Of a stretch of DNA of 64,000 nucleotides, positions 1 through 9,737 are shown piece after piece. Below the pieces are notes generated by a model. The model saw only the letters and a program-made list of their open reading frames with translations, had not been told where the DNA came from and did no database searches. Source of the DNA: a virus; the IMG/VR virus record IMGVR_UViG_3300030099_005838; one strand, given 5' to 3'. The stretch's first letter is position 1, and the number at the start of each line of letters is the position of its first letter. Made by a program: the position numbers and the translations under genes.

Positions 1-114
1 TGGGGTGTAAAATATAATGGTTTGAAATTAGGTAAACCTGCTTATGACTTATTTGTAGATGATAGAGCGATGAACAATAAAGATTGGTATAAAAAAGAAG
101 GAATCAAAATTTGA
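1..114 (+). CDS. 3' end of HAD-like (capsule-biosynthesis-type) phosphatase, partial
   Basis: Frame 1 reads WGVKYNGLKLGKPAYDLFVDDRAMNNKDW..KI*; GKPxxDxxVDD is HAD motif III/IV; stop overlaps next TTG start. Confidence 0.55.
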   Translation, partial: WGVKYNGLKLGKPAYDLFVDDRAMNNKDWYKKEGIKI

Positions 115-1064
115 ACATATTGATTTCTTGTGCTGGTGGGCCAGCAGCTGTCGGTATAATCAAATCCGTAGCTGAATTCAATGATAGTACACACAAAGTT
201 GTTGCAATAGATTGTGATGAACTTTCAGTTGGTTTTCATTTAGCAGATAAAAGTTATGTTGTTCCCTTTTCAGTTGAGGATGATTTTTGGAAGGAAGTTC
301 TCAAAGTTATTAGATATGAGAAAATAGATTTAGTAATACCTACAGGTGATGCAGACATTGTTCACTTTTCCAAAAACAAAAATGTTTTAAGAAAAATGGG
401 TGTTACTGTTTTTATGTCAGACTATAAGACTATTAAGATTTGTCAAGATAAACTCCTGTTTTACAAATATCTCGTTAAGAATGGATTAGAAAGTCTTCTA
501 CCCAAAACATCAACAGATTACAGAAAAATTGATTTACCAATACTTTGTAAGCCAAAAAGAGGTAGTGGTAGCAGGGGTATAGAATTGTGGGAAACAGAGT
601 CTCAAATAAAAGAGTTGGATAAAATAGAAAATCTACATTATAGTAGTGATTACATATTTCAAGAATACCTACCAGGTAATGAATACACAATCGATGTTTT
701 ATGTGATTTGAAAGGTGAGATACTATCTATAGTACCAAGGAAAAGACTACAGATAAAAGCTGGTATATCCTCTAAAGGTAAAATAATTAGAGACAAAATC
801 ATAGAAGATAGTTGTAGAATACTGTGTAAAAAACTTGGAGTGAAAGGGCCTGTTTGTATTCAGATGAAAGAAGATATAAATGGTACGCCAAAGTTTGTGG
901 AAATAAATCCACGTGTAGGTGGTGGTACTTATTTTGCTACTCTCGCAGGTGTTAACTTTATGAAAATAATTTTGGATATGATGAATAACGATGATATTTA
1001 TATAGAGGAGCCTAAAGAAATAACGGTTTTAAGGTATTACGAAGAGGTTGTAGTAAGTGAGTAA
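111..1064 (+). CDS. ATP-grasp protein (carbamoyl-phosphate-synthase-like, polysaccharide-locus type)
   Basis: KPKRGSGSRGI, IFQEYLPGNEYTID, FVEINPRVGGG. Confidence 0.8.
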   Translation: MNILISCAGGPAAVGIIKSVAEFNDSTHKVVAIDCDELSVGFHLADKSYVVPFSVEDDFWKEVLKVIRYEKIDLVIPTGDADIVHFSKNKNVLRKMGVTVFMSDYKTIKICQDKLLFYKYLVKNGLESLLPKTSTDYRKIDLPILCKPKRGSGSRGIELWETESQIKELDKIENLHYSSDYIFQEYLPGNEYTIDVLCDLKGEILSIVPRKRLQIKAGISSKGKIIRDKIIEDSCRILCKKLGVKGPVCIQMKEDINGTPKFVEINPRVGGGTYFATLAGVNFMKIILDMMNNDDIYIEEPKEITVLRYYEEVVVSE

Positions 1065-1683
1065 ATTTTTGAATTTAGATAACGTTCTATGTTTATCACC
1101 ACATCCTGATGATGTGGAATATGGTATGTTAGGTAGCATAATTAAACATAAAGATACTAATTTTCACATAATGGTATTCTCAATTGGTGGTGATTTTGAT
1201 GTTTCGTCTAATAAGAGTAGGCAAACTGAATGCCAGGTTATTTGGGATAAGTTAGACAATGTTACTGGTACTTTTTTATATGATACACACTTATCAGTAT
1301 TAACAGAGGATGAGTTAGTAAACAAAGTAGACAATTTTAATCACAACACTCAAACCAAATGGGATGCAATATTCTGTCCACCTAAAGAAGACTCTCATTT
1401 CGAACACAAAATGATTAATTCAATAGTACCAGCTTGTGTAAGAAGATTGGATTGTGGAATCATAGATTATAGAACACCAAGCACATTAGAAAATTGGATA
1501 CCTAATTTATATGTTGAGGTAGATATAGAAGAAAAGTCAGAGTTGTTAAAATCATTTGAATCACAATCAAACAAATCTTTTTTTAATAAAGGCCCTTTAG
1601 AAGTATTCCATACAAATTATAATTGTAAAAAAAGAGGGATAGATTTCGTAGAAACTTACAGAATAGAGAGACTATATGATTAA
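1057..1683 (+). CDS. PIG-L/LmbE-family N-acetylhexosamine deacetylase
   Basis: SPHPDDVEYG and DSHFEH metal-binding motifs. Confidence 0.8.
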   Translation: MSKFLNLDNVLCLSPHPDDVEYGMLGSIIKHKDTNFHIMVFSIGGDFDVSSNKSRQTECQVIWDKLDNVTGTFLYDTHLSVLTEDELVNKVDNFNHNTQTKWDAIFCPPKEDSHFEHKMINSIVPACVRRLDCGIIDYRTPSTLENWIPNLYVEVDIEEKSELLKSFESQSNKSFFNKGPLEVFHTNYNCKKRGIDFVETYRIERLYD

Positions 1684-2635
1684 CAAAAGAATTATGATTA
1701 TCGGTGGTACGGGAGCGTTAGGAAAACAACTTACTGAAAGATGGAAGGTAGGTAATGAGATACTAATATTTTCCAGAAACGAACACAAGCAAGAGGAAAT
1801 GAAAAGAACGTATCCTGATGCACTATATCGTATAGGAGATGTAAAAGATAAAGAATCAATACTAAGAAGTATGTATGAATTCCAACCCAATATTATTGTT
1901 AATACCGCCGCACTTAAAACAGTTTGGGTTGCACAAGACAATCCATACGAATCAATACAGACTAATATCATAGGACATCAGTATCTAATAGATTGTGTTA
2001 GGGAATGTAGACATCAAATAGAGTCTCTAATGTTTATATCAACAGACAAAGCTTGTAGTCCTGTGAATGTGTATGGTATGAGTAAGAGTATAGCAGAACA
2101 AATGTATGTAAACTTTGCAAAACAGCAATCGGATATCAAAGTTGCACTTTGTCGTTATGGTAATGTTTTAGATTCAACTGGTTCACTAATACCTGTTTTC
2201 AAAGATATGATTGAGAGAGGTGTTCAGAGTTTACCAATTACAAACTATGATATGACGAGGTTTTTGATAACTCTGAATGAGGCGATTGATTTGATTGAAT
2301 GGTCGTATCAATCACCGGATTCACATGGAAAGATAATTGTTCCTAAATTACCATCTATGAAAATTGTAGATTTTGCTAGTGCCATTGCAACATCGATGAG
2401 TGAATCAGGAATGAAATTTCATAAGATACCAATCAGAGATGGTGAAAAGCTTCACGAGGAGATGATAAGTTCCATAGAAATGCAGAGAGTAGAGGATACA
2501 GAGTCAGATAAATATCTGTCAATAGGTTACAAAAGAATTAATGAGGACTACAATCATAAACCTTTGAATTCTAAGTTTCATCTCATAGATAGTGATGAGG
2601 CGTTTATGTTTTTAGTTAATAAGGGAGTGTTATGA
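1676..2635 (+). CDS. UDP-GlcNAc 4,6-dehydratase (FnlA/CapE/PseB-like SDR)
   Basis: GGTGALG, FISTDKA, NVYGMSK, RYGNVLDSTGS, IRDGEKLHEE. Confidence 0.8.
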   Translation: MINKRIMIIGGTGALGKQLTERWKVGNEILIFSRNEHKQEEMKRTYPDALYRIGDVKDKESILRSMYEFQPNIIVNTAALKTVWVAQDNPYESIQTNIIGHQYLIDCVRECRHQIESLMFISTDKACSPVNVYGMSKSIAEQMYVNFAKQQSDIKVALCRYGNVLDSTGSLIPVFKDMIERGVQSLPITNYDMTRFLITLNEAIDLIEWSYQSPDSHGKIIVPKLPSMKIVDFASAIATSMSESGMKFHKIPIRDGEKLHEEMISSIEMQRVEDTESDKYLSIGYKRINEDYNHKPLNSKFHLIDSDEAFMFLVNKGVL

Positions 2636-3717
2636 AAGTAGGTATTACGGGCTCTAACGGTTTCATAGGATATCACCTATGGGTTCATCTAAAATATTTA
2701 ACTAAACCGATTGATAATTTAGAAGTAATTAGATTAAGTAGAGATTTAAAAGAAGTCAGTAAGTGTGATTTAGTGGTTCATTTAGCAGAAAAAAATAGAG
2801 GTGATGAAGATGAGATATATCATAATAATATATCATCTGCTAGTACATTAGCATCTGTAATGAATGGCAATCAACGAATATTATATGCTTCCTCAATACA
2901 TGAAGATGATGATTCAGTATTCGGTAGATATAGAAAAGAAAATAAGAAGATGTTTAAGAGTTGGGCAAAATCTACTGGTGGTTCATTTTCATCATTGAGA
3001 ATACCCAATGTCTTTGGCCCATTCTGTAAACCAAATTATAACTCTTTTATTGCAACATTCTGTCACAAACTAATAAACAATGAGGAGATACAGGCTAACT
3101 CTAATGAGGTTGATTTGGTGTATGTTCAAAACTTATGTAAGCAAATTGTAGAAATCATAAGGGGAAAAGGTAATGAGGAAAGTTACACCATAGAATCAGA
3201 TGTTAGATATAGTGTTCAGTATGTTTTAACTAAACTTTCTATGTTCAAAAAAAGATATGTTGATAATAATGTAATACCAGACATACATAAACCATATAAT
3301 ACATTTGAATTAGATTTATTCAACACATTTAGGTCACATCTAACCAACAGATTAGTCACTATGGATAGTAATTCAGATGATAGGGGATACTTATCTGAAA
3401 CTATAAAAACTGATGCGGGTGGACAATCATTCTTTTCAACCACTAAACCAGGTTACATCAGAGGACAACATTTTCATATGAGAAAATTGGAAAGATTTTG
3501 TGTTCTGAAAGGTAACGCTGATATAAATCTGAGGAAGATTGGAACGGATGAAATAATAACTTACAAAGTCTCAGGTGATAAAACACAGTATATAGATATG
3601 CCATTATTTTACACCCATAATATCACACCAGCTGATGAAAAGGAAATAATAACGTTGTTTTGGACTAATGAATTGTTAGACAAAAACGATACAGATACTT
3701 ATTGGGAAGATGTATAA
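2632..3717 (+). CDS. FnlB/CapF/WbjC-like SDR reductase with C-terminal cupin
   Basis: TGSNGFIG, PNVFGPFCKPNYNSFIATFC, DDRG, RGQHFHMRKLERF. Confidence 0.8.
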   Translation: MKVGITGSNGFIGYHLWVHLKYLTKPIDNLEVIRLSRDLKEVSKCDLVVHLAEKNRGDEDEIYHNNISSASTLASVMNGNQRILYASSIHEDDDSVFGRYRKENKKMFKSWAKSTGGSFSSLRIPNVFGPFCKPNYNSFIATFCHKLINNEEIQANSNEVDLVYVQNLCKQIVEIIRGKGNEESYTIESDVRYSVQYVLTKLSMFKKRYVDNNVIPDIHKPYNTFELDLFNTFRSHLTNRLVTMDSNSDDRGYLSETIKTDAGGQSFFSTTKPGYIRGQHFHMRKLERFCVLKGNADINLRKIGTDEIITYKVSGDKTQYIDMPLFYTHNITPADEKEIITLFWTNELLDKNDTDTYWEDV

Positions 3718-5458
3718 AAAAATATCAATCGAAGAAATAAACAACGTAGAGTGTGAAACTGTCTTAGACAAATGGGGTAGGATTGCATACGGTGTTAATC
3801 AATCACGCAAAGTCTTATATGATAGAAAGAGAAACCTATACTACAAAATATTCGATAAAGAATACTGTCGTAGAGACAATTTTATAACAGCTGTCGAAAA
3901 GGGTTACTTCAGAGAGGTCGCACCTGCTCTTCTATCACTAATAGTAGATGGTGATGATATAGTAGGTTATATTTGTGAAGGTGGAGAGACATTAACTACA
4001 CCCAATTCTATTCATACATTGCAAGAAAAACTATTGGAGTTAGTAGATGATACTAAACTATTCTATTATGATTTAGTGCCACAAAATATAGTCGTAATGA
4101 GAAACACTGGAAAACTAAGTCTCATTGATTTAGAGAGTGTGTATCATATAGATGAGCTATACAGAATAGATAAACATAAGGCGGTAGTAAAACCAGTTGA
4201 ATATTTCAAAGAATTAGAAAAGAAATGGAGAGAAAACATGGATAAGGTTATAAGTTTTATACAACCTAGCAGAAATAACTTAAAATATCTAAAGTGGAGT
4301 TATGACTCTATCAGAAAGAATTTAGGATACCGACATGAGATATGTTGGGCCGATGATTTCTCTGATGATGGAACTTGGGAATGGATGCAGGAGATAGCAG
4401 AAAAAGATAAGAATGTAAAAATACATAGAAATGATGGGCCAACCAGATTAGGACACACAATACTCTATGATACGTTAATAAATGATTATGCAACTAATGA
4501 TATTGTTATGATATACCATGCTGATATGTATGCGTGTCCAAAATTAGATGAAGAGATACTTAAATATTTAGAACCAGGTAAGGTGGTTAGTGCAACTCGT
4601 ATAGAACCACCATTACATCCTGATGGCCCTGAAAAAATACTAAAGGATTTTGGTATAGAACCTGAAGAATTTGATGAGTTTGGTTTAATGAGATTCTTAG
4701 ACGAAGGGGTGGACTACAGTAAGAAACCTACTAATGGTATATTTGCACCTTGGGCGATATATAAGGAAGACTTCCAATTCATAGGTGGACATGACCCGTT
4801 GTATGCTCCACAATCTAAAGAAGACTCTGATATATTCAATCGATTCAAATTAGCTGGGTATGAGTTTATTCAAACGTGGAGAGGGTTTGTGTACCATATG
4901 ACTTGTAGAGGTAGTAGATTTAAAGATGGTGCTATGAGAAATCCAGCCGGGCAGGTTTTTATGAAGGGTAGAGAATCATCAGAATGGTTAGCTCAGAATC
5001 TAAGAAGCACTCGTAATTTTATCCGTAAATGGGGACATATGGTGCAACATGACCACTTACTACATCCTGTCATACCACCTAAATATGATATAGCTTTTGT
5101 TGCATATCGTTGTAGTAAAAAGATACTTTATGAGCTAGAACCTTGGTGTAGTGTCATTTATCTAGACCTAAGTGATTCGGATGGTATGACTGAATATAGA
5201 CGTGAGGAACAACCAAACACATCATTTGATTTAGATAAAAGAATTAAATTATATGGTAACAGCACCATATCAGAGTTACATGACATATGTGTCGAATTTG
5301 ATGCAGATAAACTAACGCCAGAGAACTTTCAGACTATCGTTAACCTATCAGCTATAATTCAAAATAGCGGACAGATAGGAGTTATGCAACATGATATATT
5401 CAAATTTTTCATAAAATCTTTGGATACTTATGAAAAAGATTTAATTTTAGTCAAATAA
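3710..5458 (+). CDS. kinase-like domain fused to GT2 glycosyltransferase
   Basis: N-term YYKIF / YDLVPQNIV / LIDLE; GT-A motifs WADDFSDDGT, YHADM, EDSDIFNR, VYH. Confidence 0.75.
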   Translation: MYKKISIEEINNVECETVLDKWGRIAYGVNQSRKVLYDRKRNLYYKIFDKEYCRRDNFITAVEKGYFREVAPALLSLIVDGDDIVGYICEGGETLTTPNSIHTLQEKLLELVDDTKLFYYDLVPQNIVVMRNTGKLSLIDLESVYHIDELYRIDKHKAVVKPVEYFKELEKKWRENMDKVISFIQPSRNNLKYLKWSYDSIRKNLGYRHEICWADDFSDDGTWEWMQEIAEKDKNVKIHRNDGPTRLGHTILYDTLINDYATNDIVMIYHADMYACPKLDEEILKYLEPGKVVSATRIEPPLHPDGPEKILKDFGIEPEEFDEFGLMRFLDEGVDYSKKPTNGIFAPWAIYKEDFQFIGGHDPLYAPQSKEDSDIFNRFKLAGYEFIQTWRGFVYHMTCRGSRFKDGAMRNPAGQVFMKGRESSEWLAQNLRSTRNFIRKWGHMVQHDHLLHPVIPPKYDIAFVAYRCSKKILYELEPWCSVIYLDLSDSDGMTEYRREEQPNTSFDLDKRIKLYGNSTISELHDICVEFDADKLTPENFQTIVNLSAIIQNSGQIGVMQHDIFKFFIKSLDTYEKDLILVK

Positions 5459-5474
5459 ATATATATATATTATT

Positions 5475-5708
5475 ATGATGTATTACATATTATTCAACGA
5501 AAATTCCGAAGATTTATGGGATGAAAATACATTAGGAGAGGAGTCCTTTGGTACATTCTATACCGGATTAGGTTACATTGCACTGAATAAAATCGTACAA
5601 ACAGAGCCAGAGTTGTTAGCAAGCATCAAGATTAAAGATGAGCAGGGAAGGGATTATTCGGTGACAGAATTTTTAGATAGTTTACAAAAATGGAAAATAA
5701 TCACTTGA
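5475..5708 (+). CDS. hypothetical protein
   Basis: 77-aa ORF in gene order, phage-like composition. Confidence 0.6.
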   Translation: MMYYILFNENSEDLWDENTLGEESFGTFYTGLGYIALNKIVQTEPELLASIKIKDEQGRDYSVTEFLDSLQKWKIIT

Positions 5709-5733
5709 CTTTATCAAATATTATGTGTAGCTT
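5705..5733 (+). promoter_or_regulatory. early sigma70-type promoter
   Basis: TTGACT-N17-TAGCTT. Confidence 0.7.
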
Positions 5734-5746
5734 AAGGAGTTATTAA

Positions 5747-5920
5747 ATGGCTAAATATGATTATTATGAAGACCTAGAAGAACAGGCGTATCAAGATAGT
5801 ATAACACCCAAGAAAAAACCAAAGAAACAAAAAAAGAATTGGAGTGAAGATGTATCTAAAAAAAAGTTTGATTATCGTAAAAAAGATAATAAGTATAGTA
5901 ACAATCCTAAACGTATTTAA
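5747..5920 (+). CDS. small acidic-then-basic protein (57 aa, not in ORF track)
   Basis: AAGGAG SD then MAKYDYYEDLEEQAYQDSITPKKKPKK..; first ORF after promoter. Confidence 0.5.
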   Translation: MAKYDYYEDLEEQAYQDSITPKKKPKKQKKNWSEDVSKKKFDYRKKDNKYSNNPKRI

Positions 5921-6491
5921 TGCATGTGAATCAAAGTTAGAGCCATATTCTCACGAAGAGTATACCTATAATCCACCAGAGATTGATTATGAGATTACTC
6001 ACAATGATACGATTGAAGACGATATAGTAGAGGATACGCTTTCTAAATTACAATTCGAAGTATTAACAGATTTGGAAATGGATTCTAATGGTTACTACAG
6101 ATTACAAATAGATACTACAAATTGGCAGACTCTATATAGATTTAGTGGTAGAGTAACGAGAGATAGTCTACCATGTAGGGTTATAGAGTTTGGATGGTAT
6201 TCAGCTCATCATTGGATAATAGGTGATACTTTAGGATATGTTATTGCTAATAATGGTTTATCCGATGATATGGTTTACGTTGGGTACGACACAACATATT
6301 TGACTTGGTTCAATGGGTTCGAAGTACCAATAGTAAATGGCAGTTCTTACTCTAATGATGATGGAGAAGTCAATACTATGATTGCACCAGTTCAAACTAT
6401 GATTGGAGATACCATAAACATATCTTATGGTTTTTGGGATAATTGGAGATTAGAAGAGACACGAGGTTTCTTTGAAATTATTTTAGATTAA
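5844..6491 (+). CDS. putative lipoprotein
   Basis: KKIISIVTILNVFNA|CESK lipobox-like signal. Confidence 0.55.
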   Translation: MKMYLKKSLIIVKKIISIVTILNVFNACESKLEPYSHEEYTYNPPEIDYEITHNDTIEDDIVEDTLSKLQFEVLTDLEMDSNGYYRLQIDTTNWQTLYRFSGRVTRDSLPCRVIEFGWYSAHHWIIGDTLGYVIANNGLSDDMVYVGYDTTYLTWFNGFEVPIVNGSSYSNDDGEVNTMIAPVQTMIGDTINISYGFWDNWRLEETRGFFEIILD

Positions 6492-6501
6492 GGAGTTAAT
6501 T

Positions 6502-6699
6502 ATGGAAAAACTTATTAGAGAGGTTTTGGATAAATATAATAGTGGTAGGAAGAAGTTGCCTAACCAAGATTTAGCCAGATTAATAGTCGCTCACATTAGG
6601 GTTGGTATCGATGGTAAAAAAGGTTGGTTCTTAGATTTAAGTGATTATGATGGACAATATGATAGGGAGCGTGAACTTATAGCCGAGTATGAAAGATGA
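6502..6699 (+). CDS. hypothetical protein
   Basis: AAGGAG SD, coupled to next ORF. Confidence 0.65.
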   Translation: MEKLIREVLDKYNSGRKKLPNQDLARLIVAHIRVGIDGKKGWFLDLSDYDGQYDRERELIAEYER

Positions 6700-7001
6700 A
6701 ATGGGTATTGGTTAATAGATTTGATGAGATAGTTGATACTGTTGATATAGCTAGTGGGGTGGGAGTTAGTGGTGCAAAGACTTATTTCAGAAAAAGGAAG
6801 GAGATGAAAACAGAAGATTTTGATAAGCTATGGAAGGTGATGAGTAAAACAGAGTATGATAGGATATTCAAAAATAATTTACTAAATAGACAGATGGATA
6901 AACGTAAGTACGAATGGTGGAAAGATGAGGAAACCTATTTAGATATTGAAGCACCAATTACTAAAAGTGGAGAAAGTAATGGCGGGAAAACAAAAGGGTA
7001 G
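6696..7001 (+). CDS. hypothetical protein
   Basis: ATGA overlap with upstream gene. Confidence 0.65.
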   Translation: MKWVLVNRFDEIVDTVDIASGVGVSGAKTYFRKRKEMKTEDFDKLWKVMSKTEYDRIFKNNLLNRQMDKRKYEWWKDEETYLDIEAPITKSGESNGGKTKG

Positions 7002-7170
7002 GAGAAGACACCTATCACCATCTCAGGAAAAAGAACTTGAGATGTTAGCAACAGAGATAGAGGCCGAAGCTATACAGATGAAGATAGATTATGAGGATAA
7101 TCCTTCAGAAGAAAGTGGTAGTGTAATATATGTACATCAGAATGCAGATATTTTGAAGGAAGAAGAATAA
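6979..7170 (+). CDS. hypothetical protein
   Basis: GGAG SD favours ATG 6979 over track start 6946. Confidence 0.55.
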   Translation: MAGKQKGRRRHLSPSQEKELEMLATEIEAEAIQMKIDYEDNPSEESGSVIYVHQNADILKEEE

Positions 7171-7176
7171 TATTAT

Positions 7177-7638
7177 ATGCCAAGAATAAGAAGAACATTG
7201 GGAATTAAGACAAGAAAGTTTGATGAACAGACTTTCGAAAATAATTTCAGATTTCCACCAAAACCTGATTCCTATTACGATGTAAAAGAAAAGGGTATTT
7301 GCAGGTGGTGTGATGGTGTAATAAATAATGAAAGGGGTGAGAGAAATATGAGGGCTAGTTGGCATCCCGATTGTAGTGAAGAGTTTCTAATGTACTATAA
7401 TTCTAAACATATTAGAAAGTATATCAGACAAAGAGATTACTGCGAATGTGCTGAATGTGGTGAATATGACCCAAGATTTCAAATAGACCACATAAGACCA
7501 TTGTATGAGCAAAAGTACAAACAACCACATGAGGTTGATTGGTCATATTGGGATGAAAAGAATTTACAAACCTTATGTCGAAAATGTCATAAGGAAAAAA
7601 CAAAAACAGATATGGAAAATCTCAGGAGCATGAAATGA
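7177..7638 (+). CDS. HNH endonuclease
   Basis: CAECG..QIDHIRPL..NLQTLCRKCHKEK; extra CRWC..HPDC site. Confidence 0.85.
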   Translation: MPRIRRTLGIKTRKFDEQTFENNFRFPPKPDSYYDVKEKGICRWCDGVINNERGERNMRASWHPDCSEEFLMYYNSKHIRKYIRQRDYCECAECGEYDPRFQIDHIRPLYEQKYKQPHEVDWSYWDEKNLQTLCRKCHKEKTKTDMENLRSMK

Positions 7639-7856
7639 TAATAACAACATTGGGATGGCTTTGGATAGGTATATTAGTCGGTTCTACAGCTGGTTTAGTG
7701 TGGTCTACTATACATTATACGAAAAAGATAGGTACTTTAGAAGATGAAATAAAAACCCTTAGAGGGACTAGAAATGTACTGAAGGATGAGTTAATTAAAT
7801 TAAATAATTCACCTAAACCCAAGCCAAGAAGTAGACGAAAGGGATATAAAAAATAG
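7635..7856 (+). CDS. small membrane-anchored protein
   Basis: N-terminal TM helix, coiled coil, basic tail. Confidence 0.6.
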   Translation: MIITTLGWLWIGILVGSTAGLVWSTIHYTKKIGTLEDEIKTLRGTRNVLKDELIKLNNSPKPKPRSRRKGYKK

Positions 7857-7864
7857 TATATAAT

Positions 7865-7873
7865 ATATTTATA
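7865..7873 (+). promoter_or_regulatory. putative late promoter motif
   Basis: ATATTTATA, intergenic, upstream of 7897. Confidence 0.5.
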
Positions 7874-7896
7874 TGTAACTGAAATGGAGATTCCAA

Positions 7897-8178
7897 GTGA
7901 ATGCAAATGATAGAAAAGAGTTTGAGATAGTACATCTAAAGATAGACGAACTCAAAAAAGACATTACTGAACTAAAGATTGAGATGGGTAAACAACACTC
8001 AAAGACAGATGAATCTCTAAGTTTTATAAAAGAAAACCTATTTAATCCAAATCAAGGATTATGGGCTGAAACCAAATTAAATAGTCAATTCAGAGAGAAC
8101 TCACAGAAGTGGAGAGGGATAGTCGGTACGGGATTTGTCGGATTGTTCCTCAAACAGTTGTGGGATATGATGAGTTGA
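7897..8178 (+). CDS. coiled-coil protein with C-terminal TM helix
   Basis: Heptad N-half; GIVGTGFVGLFL tail. Confidence 0.6.
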   Translation: MNANDRKEFEIVHLKIDELKKDITELKIEMGKQHSKTDESLSFIKENLFNPNQGLWAETKLNSQFRENSQKWRGIVGTGFVGLFLKQLWDMMS

Positions 8179-8458
8179 AGACGTGTGAATACGTGTATCG
8201 CTTGACATCGTTGACACATGGTAAAATCTTCTAACGAAGATTTCACAGAATAGGGTTATATCAGCCTCCCCCATTTTCATTAGGTTTTCCAAAAAATCCC
8301 CATCCTTTTTTGCAATTTTTCAATCGATTAATCGGAAGACAGCTAAGAGATTTAGGTGATTGAAAAAAATATCCCATTGGATTAGATTTAGCCTAATATT
8401 TTGAAATACAACTTATATTTATCATAAAGGGAATGAGCCCTTTAGTAACCCATTAGTT

Positions 8459-8764
8459 GTGAGAGAAAGAATGTTATTGAATATACTGCTTAGTTCGTTA
8501 TTATTCATCACCAAAGAACCCGAGGTTATCAAACCCATTGAGATTAAACCCGATGATGTGAGCCCATCCCAAATCGGTTTAGCCATAGTGGAGTTTGTAA
8601 TAGATAAGCAGGGTGAGGTCGGTGAGGTTTTAATCATAGATACATTTGATTTGAAGATAATCCCCCTATTGGAAGAAGCTGTTCGAAGGATGGAGTTCGA
8701 ACCAGGTATGCAGAATGGTAGGCCTGTAGAGGTGAGGTATAGGTTGCCAATAGAATTCAAATAG
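8459..8764 (+). CDS. TonB C-terminal domain protein with N-terminal membrane anchor
   Basis: VEFVIDKQGEV..EAVRRMEFEPGMQNGRPVEVRYRLPIEF. Confidence 0.75.
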   Translation: MRERMLLNILLSSLLFITKEPEVIKPIEIKPDDVSPSQIGLAIVEFVIDKQGEVGEVLIIDTFDLKIIPLLEEAVRRMEFEPGMQNGRPVEVRYRLPIEFK

Positions 8765-9142
8765 ATGTGGAAATCTTTTTATATGCCAGAGGGTTCTGAA
8801 ATCTGAGGAAGTGAAGAGATTTGATTGGGGGGAGGGGATGAACCGAGCTCCCCCCAATTATCACCCCATTACACTACTTATATATAAGAAGGTTACATTG
8901 GATTCAGAACCAATGGAGAGAGCCCATCGAAACCATATTAGTGCTTTTACTCATTTTATTACCATTGGCCTACCTATGGTGGAAGGAATCCTAACCGAAA
9001 TCCCCTTTGACACACCTTAACCCATTCTTACCCACTTTTTGACACTATCACCTATTTATTATTAGAAGATATTGGTTATTATATACTACGTGTATGTCTT
9101 TATGACATATTTTTTTAGCCAAGCATTTTAATAAACTGTGTG

Positions 9143-9155
9143 TGTCATATTGTCA
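9143..9155. repeat. TGTCA-N3-TGTCA element abutting the SD of 9168
   Basis: Similar paired TGACA/TGTCA pentamers at 8203-8216, 9984-10000, 10325-10337, 10384-10396. Confidence 0.45.
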
Positions 9156-9167
9156 GGAGGTGATGAG

Positions 9168-9683
9168 ATGCCGAAGAACTTAAGCAAGGATAGGATGGTT
9201 TGGGCCATTAATGAGACTACTTCTATGAGGCAAGCGGCTGTGTTATTAGGGGTAGCCTATAATACTTTTAAAAAGTATGCTAAGATGTATGAGCTGTGGA
9301 AACCCAATATGGATGGGCCTAGAGCTAAAAGTGGTCTTCCACGTGGCTTTAAGCCGGTGGAGATAGCCGATATACTCTCCGGTAAGAACCCCGATTACTC
9401 CACAGCTAAGTTACAGTATAGGTTGGTTCGGGAGGGTTATCTGGAGGAGTGTTGTAGCAACTGTGGATATGATGAATACCGGCCGGCTGATATGACCAAG
9501 CCACTCCAATTAGACTATCTGGATGATGATTCTACCAATAAGGAATTTAGTAATCTCCGATTATTATGCTATAACTGTTATTATCTACTGAAATTGAACC
9601 GAAATGAGCCCGCTGTACCCTCGAATGTGAAGACTTTTACCGAAGCAATTAACAAAGCCTTCTCCACCGACCCAACTGAGTAG
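9168..9683 (+). CDS. HTH plus degenerate HNH-fold protein
   Basis: AGGAGG SD; SMRQAAVLLGVAYNTFKKY HTH; CSNCG..LQLDYLD..NLRLLCYNCY. Confidence 0.7.
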   Translation: MPKNLSKDRMVWAINETTSMRQAAVLLGVAYNTFKKYAKMYELWKPNMDGPRAKSGLPRGFKPVEIADILSGKNPDYSTAKLQYRLVREGYLEECCSNCGYDEYRPADMTKPLQLDYLDDDSTNKEFSNLRLLCYNCYYLLKLNRNEPAVPSNVKTFTEAINKAFSTDPTE

Positions 9684-9707
9684 CGAATCCCAATCTCAAT
9701 ACCCCTA

Positions 9708-9737
9708 AGCTTAACGCATTTTTGCCATATAAGTCAA
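9708..9737 (-). promoter_or_regulatory. inverted copy of the early promoter
   Basis: Minus strand CTTGACTTATATGGCAAAAATGCGTTAAGCTTAGGGGTA, close to the plus copy at 52088. Confidence 0.55.

Noticed and set aside
7177-7638. HNH as intron-borne homing element
   Set aside because: No split host gene or group I intron features around it
8811-9020. 69-aa ORF
   Set aside because: No motif; lies in a repeat-rich, low-coding tract
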